A DNA stretch of 63,837 bases, filler included, from Ministeria vibrans ATCC 50519 (lineage: Eukaryota > Protista > Filasterea), in assembly GCA_943704425.1 (NCBI GenBank). It is 4 parts of 4 records of this genome, joined end to end, with 100 filler letters (N's around TTAATTAATTAA, not from the genome) between each part and the next. Parts side by side here need not be neighbours in the genome. Positions count along the whole stretch, not along the records: positions 1 to 18,742 come from CALSCP010002463.1; positions 18,843 to 34,791 come from CALSCP010000739.1; 2 more parts are not named here. One strand, written 5' to 3'. The notes below the pieces were generated by a model that saw nothing but the letters and a program-made list of their open reading frames with translations, did no database searches and had not been told where the DNA came from. The first letter of the stretch is position 1; each line of letters begins with the position of its first letter. Positions 15,354-27,002 of this stretch are shown one piece after another. Both the position numbers and the translations under genes were made by a program.

Positions 15354-16523
15354 TTATTTTTCGTGATCGCAAATGGGAGGAGCCAGAGGAGCCAGAGGAG
15401 TACCGCCGCCAGATGGAGCGACAGGGCCGTTGTTGGTGACAACGTGGAGAGCACGGAAGAGGAGGAGGAGATCGGCAAAGAGGGGTGCGCCTGACGACGG
15501 AGAGACGCCGTGGGGCAGGGCCATGGAGTAGCCCAGGTGCGCCCGCATCTCGCTGTTGACGGCCGCGTCCATGCACAGCGCCCCCTTGTCTGTCGTACCT
15601 GCTGTGTCGTCCACTATGTAGCCCCCATAGTGCGTCAGTGCGTCTTTGAGCCGTTGGCCCGGCACGGTGCCAGGCTGCAGCGTGTGCGCGAGCGATGACG
15701 GGATGGCCAGCAGCGCACCCGGCGCCACATGAGGGTTCGTGCCCTGATAACAGCCATGAGGCACGCCGCGTGAACACGAATCCGACCCGGTCGCGGGCCA
15801 GACGTACTGCGTGCGGTTCCCATTGTACACACTCGGCGGTTGCAGTGCCTTGAGGCCGTAATAGTACTTGTGAGACCACAGTTCGATCTTAAGTGCGTGG
15901 CGAATGGGCGGTGCAGACGCATTAAACAGCTCCCCAACACGCACTGTGCCTCCAATGCTGCTCAGGCCCGAGCCGCCATGGGCGCCGTACGTGCCGTCGC
16001 CAAGGATGTCCGTCACATTGGGAAAGTTCTGGGGGCACCCGTCGGTGTCGTTCCCCCAGCGCGCAAGAAGGGGCGAGCCTGCAGCACAGCGATAGAGGGG
16101 CTGCATCTGAACAAGGGTGCGTCGGTCGGGCATGAGAACGCCGGCTGCATTGTTGTTTAGCAGGCCAGGCGGGCTGCGTCCATCGTCCGACGCACTCGTG
16201 AAGTTGTGCGGGAAGCGCAGCGCACCAGCGGGCGACGACTGGGTCACCTTGCAATGGTCGTCGCCCGACCAGTCGCCTTGGTTGTACCAGGGTGTCAGCG
16301 GATCCGTCTCGCGTGCCTCCACCACAAAGTCTTGGTCGTTGTGGAAGTGCACCGGCGCCGTCCGATACAACCCGACCGCCGCAAACTCCGCGCCCGTCCC
16401 TATCGGTCTGTTCCAAATGGACGTCGACGAGAAGGGCCAAAGAAAGCGGTCCCGACATGGTTCGCACGAGGACAGCGGCAACGCCACCGCCAAGAGAGCG
16501 ACGACCAAAAGATAAGACAACAT
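15354..16523 (-). CDS. Secreted hypothetical protein, intronless, resembling a bacterial uncharacterised family
   Basis: Signal peptide MLSYLLVVALLAVALPLSSC; motifs WPFSSTSIWNRPIG, GAHGGSGLSSIGGTVRVGEL, IRHALK, ALTHYGGYIVDD, VVTNNGP...GGG. Confidence 0.7.
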   Translation of the reverse strand: MLSYLLVVALLAVALPLSSCEPCRDRFLWPFSSTSIWNRPIGTGAEFAAVGLYRTAPVHFHNDQDFVVEARETDPLTPWYNQGDWSGDDHCKVTQSSPAGALRFPHNFTSASDDGRSPPGLLNNNAAGVLMPDRRTLVQMQPLYRCAAGSPLLARWGNDTDGCPQNFPNVTDILGDGTYGAHGGSGLSSIGGTVRVGELFNASAPPIRHALKIELWSHKYYYGLKALQPPSVYNGNRTQYVWPATGSDSCSRGVPHGCYQGTNPHVAPGALLAIPSSLAHTLQPGTVPGQRLKDALTHYGGYIVDDTAGTTDKGALCMDAAVNSEMRAHLGYSMALPHGVSPSSGAPLFADLLLLFRALHVVTNNGPVAPSGGGTPLAPLAPPICDHEK

Positions 16524-16582
16524 CAAACAAGAGTGAGTTAAACCTGAAAACTTAACAAATTCCGAATATTTTCTTTGTTGGT

Positions 16583-18242
16583 GATGCCACAAGGAGGCGA
16601 GTTTGGCCATTTGACAACGGCAACGCTGCACGCTCGAAGCGGCGTGCCTCTGTCGCGGGGTGGGAGCGCGGCGAGTGGCAGCACGACGTCGTCAAGGCGA
16701 CCCTCTCTCCCGCAAATTGCCCACCTGGGCGCGCTCAGCCACGAGCGACACGTCGGACCCCCTACAGTTGTGCGCGAAGAGTCCCACCCAAGCGAAATGG
16801 AGAACCCCTTTGTGTATTTTGTCTCGCAACAGTACTCGGCTGCTGCTGCTGCTGCTGCTGCGACTGCCTCCACGCCCCCAGCAGACCCGGCCGCCGCCCC
16901 TCCCCCTCCCCCACAGGCGCCTGCCACCCCCGACGCCCTCTCGGCTTCGGCGACCCTCCTGTCCTTCCAGCACCTCGCCGTGGCCGCTGCGAAGGAGCCG
17001 GTCGGCCCGTCGCCTCAGCAACCGCTCGAGTTGCGTTCCGTCGAGTACGACGCTCGCATGCAATACTTGGTATGTCCTTTATATCGTCTCTCGCCCTCCC
17101 CCATCGGCCCCTGTCGCCCTCATTTGCCACGCCTACACATTTTTTTTTTATCGCATCGGCTGTTCCGATAAACGATTCGCACTGCCCCCCTCTCTCTCCC
17201 TCTCTTTCTAGCAATCTCTGGCGAACATGCAGCCGTCAGTGCCTCAAATAACAGATCACAGGTCGGCTGCGCCCAACGAGGGCTTTGTCGGACAGGCAAC
17301 GAGCGGCGGGCTCGCGCGGTTGCCACGCATCCACTCCGTTGCCCCACACAACGCATCCGCGCGCCCTTCCGCGTCGCTCTCCTCCACTCCTCAGGTATCC
17401 CTTTTCCTTCCGCCCCATTCTTGATCTATATCCATACGCCTCCACCTGCCCCTACTCCCTCGTTCTGTCCCTCGTTTGATATTCGTGTCATGTTTCCGGT
17501 CTGATCAAATCTTGTCCTCGCCTTGATCGACAGAAGAGCCGCAGATCATCCAATACATCCATTGTGACATTGATCACGCGCGCAATCAAATCCAGCGAAC
17601 ACACCCGGCTCACGGCCGATCAAGTGGCGGCCTGGATTCGCGTCCACTATCCCCGCTCTGCGAAATCAGTGGTAAGACCTCCAAGTGTGCGAGTCTCTCA
17701 CTGTAACTTTGTTTCCCTCTACCTTTACAACCTCTCTATTCTGTTTCTCTCTATTTTGTTTCTCTCTCTCAATTTACTTTGTTTCTTTCTCTATTTTCTC
17801 TCTCTTTCTCTCCGAATGACACGTATACGATTGTTTGTAGTTGGGACTTGTGCCTCATGAATTGCTGCGCAACCCTCAATTTGAACGAACGAGCTGTCCC
17901 CCAACACTGACCCTCTTCAAGCAACTAAGCTCACACATGGGAGGGCCACTTGTGGCCATTGACACGCAATACTGGACCCTGAAGTCGACAGCCGAGTCCT
18001 CAGTGCAGCCCCCTTCACACACAAGTACCACCACCTCGACCAAAGCAACAACTACCACTTCCACTGCACCTGCTACTGGCGCTGGCGCTGGCTTTCCTGT
18101 TGACCCTCAACCTGCATACTCAGCCCCGCCGCCCCTCAAGCGCCTCAAGACAGATCTCACCGCCGGAGTGCGCAAGCAGAAACGCGTTCCCCCTCTCAAA
18201 GACCTCGCTGACTCCACCAGAAGAATGAAGGTAACTACTCTA

Positions 18243-18322
<80 letters not shown>

Positions 18323-18643
18323 AAGAGGAGGGAAACAGACAAGGACGACGACAGTTAGTGAATGTATTTTTTTTTTTATCATTCTTCACGTTTTCTCGCA
18401 CAACGCACTGATTTTCAAGGGCTGCCAGCTGGCGAGAGGGTTGGGAAGGAGGTCGGCGAAGACGGTGGGATAAGAAGGAAGGAGGGAAATGGACAGGAAG
18501 CGCATGAGAGAGAGTGTGGAGGCACGCGGACCACAGGGACAGCCACGGGCAGCGAGGGGGCGCGCGCAACGCGCAGCGAGGGCGTGCCGTCGGATCCCAT
18601 TGACGGTGTGGGTCGGCCGCTGGTGAAAATGGAAGACAGATGA
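16583..18643 (+). CDS. Low-complexity protein with a divergent forkhead (winged-helix) domain, multi-exon
   Basis: Spliced exons (~17534-17671, 17841-18230) give SIVTLITRAIKSSEHTRLTADQVAAWIRVHYP...VPHELLRNPQFER...YWTL, matching forkhead H1-H2-H3-wing spacing. Confidence 0.6.
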
Positions 18644-18742
18644 AAACGTACCAAGATTCGAAGGAGAGGAAAAAAAGAGACTGAATAAGAATTCGATTTT
18701 GGGGCTTTTCGATCATTTTTTTTTTTTTTTTTTTTTTTTAAA

Positions 18743-18842
18743 NNNNNNNNNNNNNNNNNNNNNNNNNNNNNNNNNNNNNNNNNNNNTTAATTAATTAANN
18801 NNNNNNNNNNNNNNNNNNNNNNNNNNNNNNNNNNNNNNNNNN
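18743..18842. other. Artificial contig spacer
   Basis: 100 nt: N-run, TTAATTAATTAA (stops in all six frames), N-run. Confidence 0.98.
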
Positions 18843-19022
18843 TTTCATCTTTGATCTTGATCTCCCAGTACGTGGGTTATTTTAGTTTCTCTTTTGTTCT
18901 GCTACAGACTTGCGCGGAGCAGAAAAGAAACGGCGCCAGCAAGTTTCTTGTTATTATTAATTTTTTTATTTTGTTGCATTTTTTTTTTTTCTAACATCAT
19001 CTCCTGCGCATATTCTGATACA

Positions 19023-20005
19023 ATGTCAAAGGGCTACAGCGACGTCGGTCCTCCCGCGAACGAGACGCTCCCCACCTACGATGGTTTGCGCCCTCAGTCG
19101 TCACGCAATGTCGTCAATCCCCTCTCGTCCCCTTAGAGGTGTGTGCTGCCTTTGCCGATGCCGGTGTCATTGTTGGCGACACCCCGCCGCCGCCAGTGGC
19201 CGCGTCGCTCTATCCCGAAAAAGGTTTGCAGCGGAGAAGGATAAGAAGAAGTTCCCACTGGCGAGCTCAACACGCGATTTAGCCTATCCGGCCATGTCCA
19301 AGGACCAGCAGCCCCAGTCGTACCCGCCGCAATACCCCCCGCCAGCCTTCTTTGCGCCCGAGTCGGTCGATTTGCCTTACGCGTCCGAACTGACACGGTA
19401 TTTGCAGATATTGGAATGCGCAAGTTCACACATCTTTTTATTGTTACAGCGATGAAATCGAAGCACCCGCACCAAACGCCTCGGGCAAGTTTTTGGCGGG
19501 GGTATCCTTTCTCTTTGGCAACAATCGTGTGCGCTGCCAGGCGTGCAATCAGCAGCTTGCTTGGAACACACTCGACAGTCGATTTGCCAAATGTCCGCGC
19601 TGTCACCAGTACTCAGTGCGTGCACACGTCAAAGGTACACAGACAGACACAGACACAGACACAGACACAGACACAGACACAGGCACAAACGCATAGACGG
19701 AGATACTTGGAGAGAGACAGAGAGAGACACACACACACACATGCACTCACACCTCCAACTATTCCTACTCATGCCTTGTCCTAATCTCTCTCTTTGCTTT
19801 GGACGCAGGACCTCACACAGAGGGCATGCGATATGTCCGATGTCGTTGTACCGGTCTTTTTCTTGTTCCGAAGAACACACCAGGTATCTTTGCTTACTTA
19901 TCCCATCGTTCCTACTCACACACACACACACTCCTCTCTCTTCCTCTCTCTCCCTCTCTTTTTCTCATGCACGCTCTAGGATACATCTGCCCTCGCGAGC
20001 GCCTA
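19023..20005 (+). CDS. TMEM55/PIP4P-like Cys-rich protein, 5' exons; 3' part not evident
   Basis: Pro/Tyr-rich N-terminus, VRCQACNQQL...AKCPRCHQYS, then RYVRCRCTGLFL...YICPRER, compared with TMEM55 KKYVRCPCNCLLIC...IGCPRPNC. Confidence 0.65.
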
Positions 20006-20128
20006 GTCTACTATCTCGACGCAGCCTACACATCCTCTGCCTGACACACGCACACCCACTTACACTCACATTTCACACACACACAGTCGCATTTTGTGAA
20101 TATAGATTTTTATATTTTTTCATTTTCT

Positions 20129-22737
20129 TTACGCATCGGACGCTGTCTTTGTTGCACCTGCGACCGCCGCGAGAACGGCAGCAGTCGATTCTGCGTCATC
20201 GGTGACACGTCGTTTGAGTTTGCGCTTAGACACGACACGCTTTCGATTGGCCAACGGAATGGACGTGGGTTCGGCCACACTGGCCTCAGCTGCGTCCGGT
20301 TCAGGCTCAGTGGTAGGGGGAGGAACTGACGCAGTCTCAGGGAGGGAGGGAGGTGGTACAGGCACAGTGTCAGGAATCGATGGTGGTGGCACTGGCACAG
20401 TGTCAGGAATCGATGGTGGTGGCACTGGCACAGTGTCAGGAATCGACGGTGGTGGCACTGGCACAGTGTCAGGAATCGATGGTGGTGGCACTGGCACAGT
20501 GTCAGGAATCGATGGTGGTGGCGCTGGCGCAGTCTCAGGAATCGATGGTGGTGGCGCTGGCGCAGTCTCAGGAATCGATGGTGGTGGCACTGGCACAGTG
20601 TCAGGAATCGATGGTGGTGGCACTGGCACGGTCTCGGACTTGGTAGTTTCTCGCAAGACTGTCTCCGCCTCGCCGTCTCCCGTCTTTTTATCAGGTCGGC
20701 CTCTGCGCTCTTCGCGACTCCGACTCCGACTCACACACAGCTTCGCAGTCGTCCTCTCCGTCGTCACCTCGCCTTCCCCCTTTTCCCGCTCTCGTTCGCG
20801 TCGAGTGCCCTTCGCTTCCGGCGACATTGGTCGCCCAGCCAGTCCCGCATCGCTCATCATCTCACTGCCCCTCTGAAACGCCCGTAATTCTCGCTGCATC
20901 CGACGTTTCTCACTCCGCAAATCCGTCAACTGCTCCTCCTAAGTAAACCACGTCCACATACACACACATAAATATATAATCAGTAATCAATCACTCCCTT
21001 TCTCCTTACAGCCGCAATCAAGTCCGTTTCCAGTGCCCTCTGTGTCTCGCGCGCTTTCACAAGCAGCCGTTCCAGTCGCTCTCGTGCTCTCTCTTCCGAA
21101 TCCAACCGCAGTTTACACTCCAGATTTTCCGTTTTCACGCGTTGCAAATCAATCACTATCACAAGAAAAAAAATCAATCCAATTCTGCAATATGATTTAC
21201 TTGTCTGGCTTACCGAGCGTGTCTTCGGCACTGAGCCCCGAATGGTCCTTCAGTTTCTCGCTGTTCTTGGCCCGTTGCAGCTCATCCCGCAAATCCTCCA
21301 TTTCCGCTTCCCACAGCGCCTTCTCCTGTTCTATACTCACATGCAATGTTAATGATACAATCCACCTTTTTCTAGTCTTCTTACCGAGGACTTTGATCCG
21401 CTTCGCCAGCCCGCCCAATTGCTTCCCAGCCTCCCCACCTACTTCCACTGATGCTCTCTTCTTCACATCTTCTTCCTCCGTCTTTTTCGCACTCTCGTTT
21501 TGTTTCTTCATCTCATCTCTGAAAGAATGCGAATAAGCATCACAAAACAACCATCAATCAAGCTCACTTACACTTCCGTTGCCAAGCGATCGCGTTCGCC
21601 CGCAAGAAATGCCAAGTCGCGCGCTAGCTGGTCTGACTCCATTTTCTGTCGCTTCAACTCAAATCGCTCCGTCCGCAACGACCGTATCAATTCCGCCCGT
21701 TCGTTGTCAACCTCTTCTAACCTACACGTCGCGATCACTCCCCATCGCCATCCCCACCGCATCCTCCCCTCTCCCCCGCCACTCACCTGTCCTTCAGCAC
21801 ATCCATCGCATGCCGTATCGTCTGCAGCCCCTCCTCGTTTGCCAGCGCGGCCCCGTTCTTCTTCGCCCGATCGCCTAACGCCTTGTCAATTTGACTCCGC
21901 AACGCCAAAAGCTACAAAAAAAAAAAAAAAAAAAAAAAAAAGCGCTTTGCTCAGACGTATCCCAAACGAAATGGCTGCACGTCGCCCCTGGTTGCTGATC
22001 AAGACTCGTTGCTCACCTCCATATCGGTTGGAGCGCTCTACAGCAGACAGAAGCGTGTTTTTTTTTCAGCATAACACAAAGCGACAAAATCAAAAAAAGA
22101 AGGGAAAAAAAAATTCAAATACCTTTCCGTGACCCAGCCCAGCGACAGTGAGCATGTTGGAGAGGTCCGTTGAGTTCTGTGTTAGAGTTTCGCGCGCCTT
22201 TGACATGTTTCGCAGATCCTAAGTGACAGGTGATTTGGCACAGTCGACCCGACATGAGCAGAATAACAAGACAAGACCAGAAAAAAAGAAAAAAAAAAGA
22301 AAAGAAAAAAAGGGGGGGAAGGGGGAGAGACGACGTCCGATCCAATGCGGTTCGGAATGGTGCGCTACAGAGCGACTCGACGGCGAGGTGGACTTTGGAA
22401 ATGTGTACCTGTTGCACAATTGTCTCCTGTTGAAGACTCATTGCCTCTCGGGCTTCGGCTCGCGCACGACGCTTGGCGCGCAATCGGCTCTCGGCCTACA
22501 CGCAACGCACGGTGTTATCAGAGCGGCTGCGGATGGCGCATGGCACAGACTACGGCGACGCGAGCGAATGGGACCAGTCCGCATCTCATGTCGTTTTGAC
22601 AGGTGAACCCAAACCCAAACCCATCCACAGCATCTTACCGACGCCATGACCGACGCCAGCATCGCCTCTTCACTGATGCTTCGACGGTTCACCGACGATC
22701 GTCTAGCCGCCAAGGGTGGTGGGACGTCTTCTGACAT
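20129..22737 (-). CDS. LRRFIP1/2-like coiled-coil protein with a Pro-rich repeat tail, multi-exon
   Basis: Spliced N-terminus ASAESRLRAKRRARAEAREA resembles LRRFIP EAEARLAAKRAARAEARE; DLRSEKRRMQRELR resembles ELKAEKRKLQRELR. Confidence 0.65.
20324..20637 (-). repeat. Coding 30-bp minisatellite, about 10 copies (PPPSIPDTVP/V)
   Basis: gtcaggaatcgatggtggtggcactggcaca repeated with minor variants. Confidence 0.95.
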
Positions 22738-22809
22738 GGCCAAAAAAAAAAGATTGTTTTATTTGTTTACAGTCCACTATACAATTTACAACGATCAACT
22801 CGAATATTA

Positions 22810-25565
22810 TTATTTGATGCGAGATCGTTTGGGAGGCGGTCCAACCGGTCCCCACGGTTCGTCGGCAAGATGACGCGCCATATAGTGGTGGTAGATACGC
22901 GACGCTACAGTCGTGCCAATGGTCTTGCCACAGCCAGGATCGCCGTGTGGCAAATCGGCGAGCAATAAAATGCGATCCTTGCGATTCGTCTCACGCTGCA
23001 GCGCCGCCAGTAAATGTTGTAGCGTTGGAAAAGCACAAACAATGGCCGCAGCCTTGGCTGGAGTCACACCTGAAAAACACATGAGTTGACGCGCAAAGTG
23101 ATCCGAGACGGACAGATTGCGCTTGCGTTCGGTGCGCCTCTGGAAATCAGCATAGCTCAGCAGAAACGAACCGGCGCGCGCCTTGAGATTGCGCGACCAT
23201 GAAATGGCATCGCGATCAAGCGTGTCGCGATCGTCCACGTCAATCACCTCGCGCGTAAGCGTCTCGCCCGCAAGACGACGCTCGAGCCGCTGCGTCAAGC
23301 CCGCCAGGTACTTGGCCGTGTCCGCAATCGACGTTGTCTCCTTCACAAAAAATCCCCGCTGCACGTGCACCGACGACATGTCCTGGTAGAGCGACGCCAG
23401 TGGCAACGAATGGGTCCCACGACTTCCATAGGCCTCAACCAGACAAATGACGTGGGCCAGTCCACTGCCTGCCAGTCGAAATTTCTGCTCGTCATAGTGC
23501 CCCGACATAATGCTCGCAGCTAGATCATCCATTCGCTTGCGCTCCACTACCATGTCCAGCACAAACTCGCGCCGTCCCACTGCCGTCCCGCGCTCCTGTG
23601 CAATCCACAAAAAATCGCCCACCTTCAACTCCCGCTGCTCCATCCTCACCCCAAGATACGACAGTTCCGTCATCAGCAGGTCGCCCTGGCCAGGACCCGT
23701 CACCTCCGTCTTGTCCAGCAACAACACAATGTCGTAGGTGCCGGCCAGCATGGTTTCCCTCTCACGCGGTCGTCGCTCAGCCGCATCGACACTCTCCATG
23801 GTCCGTGTCAGTTGAGCACTTGTTTGCACTGGTGGCGCAACACCAAGAATTTCCTCGGGGGCGCGCTTCAGAGCTGTCAATTTGCTAGATGGTCCATTTG
23901 GCAGCGGTTCATCCGTCTCCGAGGGGCACATCAGTTGTGTTTCGTCGTCGTTGTCGTCGTCGTCGTCACTATTTTCCAGCTCATTCTTCTTGTCGCTCTT
24001 TTGACGCGCTGCCAATCGTTGCGCGACACGCTCGGCAAGCGGTAAGAATGACGGGGACTGAGGTGGAGACCAAGTGTCATTGTCGTCGTTAAGATCAAGG
24101 GGAACAGTGGGGACAAAGGGGTCGTTGTCATCGTCGTTGGTGTGGTCATCGTCGACATCATGCTCGTCGTCCACCAGGTCAATGATGTCAACTGCGGAGG
24201 TGGTGACAGGAGAAGGTACTACTGGAGAAGGTACTACTAGAGGACGAGAGGGTGCGATGAAGGGTGGTGCAGAGGCGGTGCGCTGGAGAGCGGTCGAGTG
24301 AGTCTTCGATTGCGCCACTTGGTGTGCCAGCGAATGAGTGGTGCTGGTGGTGGAGACAGCGAGTGTGTCCGGGATAAAGCCTGTGTCGTAGACTCCTTGA
24401 CGCTCCAGGTCGTACAATAGAGTGGACGCTTCGGAGTGCGCAAGACATCGCACGCGATAGAAGCACACATCGTCGACGGCTGGCAAGTGCCCCAACAGGG
24501 CGCCCATGTCCATGTTTACTGGCGTACTTGTTGACTCCTCGTTGCCCGAGCAATCCAACTGGTGTTTCAGCCAACGGCGTTGTGCCGCCTGCCGCTGCAG
24601 ACGCACCGGACCGCCGACACTGTCAATGTATTCAAAGGGAAACGAGTCAGCAAGCGAGACAGACAGGTCTCGGAAGCGACGGACTGCCGCCTGTCGGTCG
24701 ACCGAGGTAGATAAATCGCGCCGTTGTGGCGGTCCGCCATGAAAGGCAGCGATAGTGAGCGGCGCTCCAGCAGGTGCTGCTGCCGTTGTGGTCAACGTTG
24801 CGGTGGTAGTGGCGGTTGAGGTGCTACTGTTGGCGCGCGAGCGTGTGCTACTGTTGCGACTGCTACCTACTGCAAATTGCGTCTCGTTGACGCCATTGCC
24901 GGCGATGGTGGTGCTGGCCGAACGTCGTGACAAGGCACCCGCGTAGGGTTTGATGACAGCTCCTTTGGTGCGCGGTGGTGGAAGTGTGGCCATGTGACGA
25001 TCGGAGGCAGAAGAACGCCGAAGGTGTGCAACCACGTCAGCCTTTTCAATTCCCTTTCGCGTCAGACTGTACATTGGAGTACCGTCACGCTCCTTGCCTT
25101 TGACGAAGCCTTTGACAATGAGTTTGGGCATGGTCGGCATGGCAAGTGTGCCGTCACCGTCTATCCTCCTCGCAATCTCCTCGCCACTCAGCCACACACG
25201 GTCTCGCACCAATAATGTCGGATCGTCGCCACGCAACACCAGCAACAGCGATTGTTCCATTGTACCCTAGATTATAATTTCAATTATGTTGTTCTATACA
25301 ATGCATATTGTGTGTTGTGTGTGTGTGAGAGAGAGAGAGAGTGTGTGTGTGTGTGGTGTGGTGTGTGTCCATCGTATGTGCGGGTACATATGTGGATGTA
25401 TGCCAGTATGTATATTGTGTGTGCGTGCGTGTGTGTGTGTGTGTGTCTGTAAGTCTGTCTGTTGTCTGTGTGTTGTGGGTGAGAGAGAGAGAGTGTGTGT
25501 GAGTGTGTGTGGTGCGTATGTGCGTGCGCGGGTACATATGTGGATGTATGCCAGTCTGCATATTG

Positions 25566-25596
<31 letters not shown>

Positions 25597-25622
25597 CTGT
25601 ATGTCTGTCTGTTGTCTGCCTG

Positions 25623-25656
<34 letters not shown>

Positions 25657-26233
25657 CTTCGTAAAAACCTATGTCTGTCTCACCAAGGAGGGTACTGTTG
25701 AGGATGCTGTCTGCGACAAATCCCGCGTCTTCGCAGGTGTAATGGCCCTGGGAGAGACCTCGTCGATAGCTGCGGTGGGTTTGCGTGAGGCTGACGTCGT
25801 AGATGCGCCACTGTTTGCGGCGGTTGCTGCTGTTGATGGCAAATTTGCACTCGTCGCTGTCTGAAGCGCCCGGTCGAGAATCTGCGCGATTTTCGGACCA
25901 ATATGCAACAACTGAGTGGCGTCAAAGCCAGAGCGCAACGGCATGGCGTACGCAAGAATGCTATCGAGTGCCTGTGAAAACAAGTGAAACGCGAATGAGA
26001 CGAACAAAGAAAGAGAAGACGAGCCAAGCGAAGAGCCGCGAGAGGCCGCCTGAAGGGATGCCACCAACCTTTCGAAAGGTAAGGGCAGCCTTGAGACCGC
26101 GGCCGGTGGCGTCCAGATAGAGTTTGAGCAGACAAGCGGCCATTATGGGATTGGCGCACTTGTCGCACTGCGCTCGCAACGCCGACTTGGCTCGCTCCGA
26201 CATTGGCTGTGCCGTGTAGCTGCCAATCGGCAT
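22810..26233 (-). CDS. MUS81: Crossover junction endonuclease MUS81 (about 3 exons)
   Basis: N-terminal HhH (ANP...ALDSI...IGPKIAQIL), winged helix (YSLTRKG), ERCC4 nuclease LKVGDFLWIA...VERKRMDDLAASI...YDEQKFRL, C-terminal HhH2. Confidence 0.92.
25295..25655. repeat. Intronic microsatellite-rich tandem duplication in the MUS81 intron
   Basis: cgggtacatatgtggatgtatgccagt...tattgtgtgtgcgtg...gtctgtctgttgtctg occurs twice (~25381 and ~25529) amid (GT)n/(GA)n. Confidence 0.8.
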
Positions 26234-26379
26234 GTTTGAATAAAAGTAAAGAAAAGTATACAATTGTTACGAGGCGACAGCAAGAGAATAACATCGTTGC
26301 ATCGAACTAAGTCATAACTCAATCTTGAATTTACTATTTAGTCTTCAAAATTAATAATTGTAGTTTCTTTACGTTGAAT

Positions 26380-26920
26380 ATGACTCGCCTCGTGATTAGG
26401 TTATCCAACTTTGGCGTGAGACACAACCCGTTTTATCGACTCACAGTTGCTGGTACACCCAAAAAAAGCTCTTCTCGCACGCCTCATTCTTGCTCTACGC
26501 TCGTCCAGACGCGCGCAGCCCTCGCGACGGCAAGTTTTTAGAACATGTGGGCACGTTTAACCCAAGACCAAACCCCTCAACAAACGTACGTGAACCGATT
26601 TTTTTTTTTTTTTTTTTTTTCCAATTCTCACTCTCACTGTCACACACACACAAACACAGGTTCGCTACGTGACGATCAATGCCGAGCGCGTAAAGTACTG
26701 GCTTGCGCACGGGGCGCATCCGTCGGGGCGTGTTGCGCTGATTCTGTCGCAGGCGGGGATGTGGCCGCCGCCGCCGCGTCTGCTCATGATGGACACGCTC
26801 AAGGCGTCGTGGACCGACCGGCTGGCCAAGCAGGAACAGCAGCAGAAGGAGCGCATTGACGGCATCTTGAAGCAGATGGAGGCGGCCAAGACGGCGGCGT
26901 CGAGCGAGGCGGACGACTGA
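26380..26920 (+). CDS. MRPS16: Mitochondrial ribosomal protein bS16m, 3 exons
   Basis: [38 protein letters not shown]...INAERVKYWLAHGAHPS. Confidence 0.92.
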
Positions 26921-27002
26921 CGAGTGAGTGCGTCCCACACGTTTGTGTTTGTGATGGGAGTGTGTAACTAACAATGAATGGAAGCATATGCCATTTTGTA
27001 TT

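Noticed and set aside
20324-20637. Regular 30-bp repeats as a CRISPR-like array
   Set aside because: No unique spacers; it is a coding minisatellite in a eukaryotic gene.
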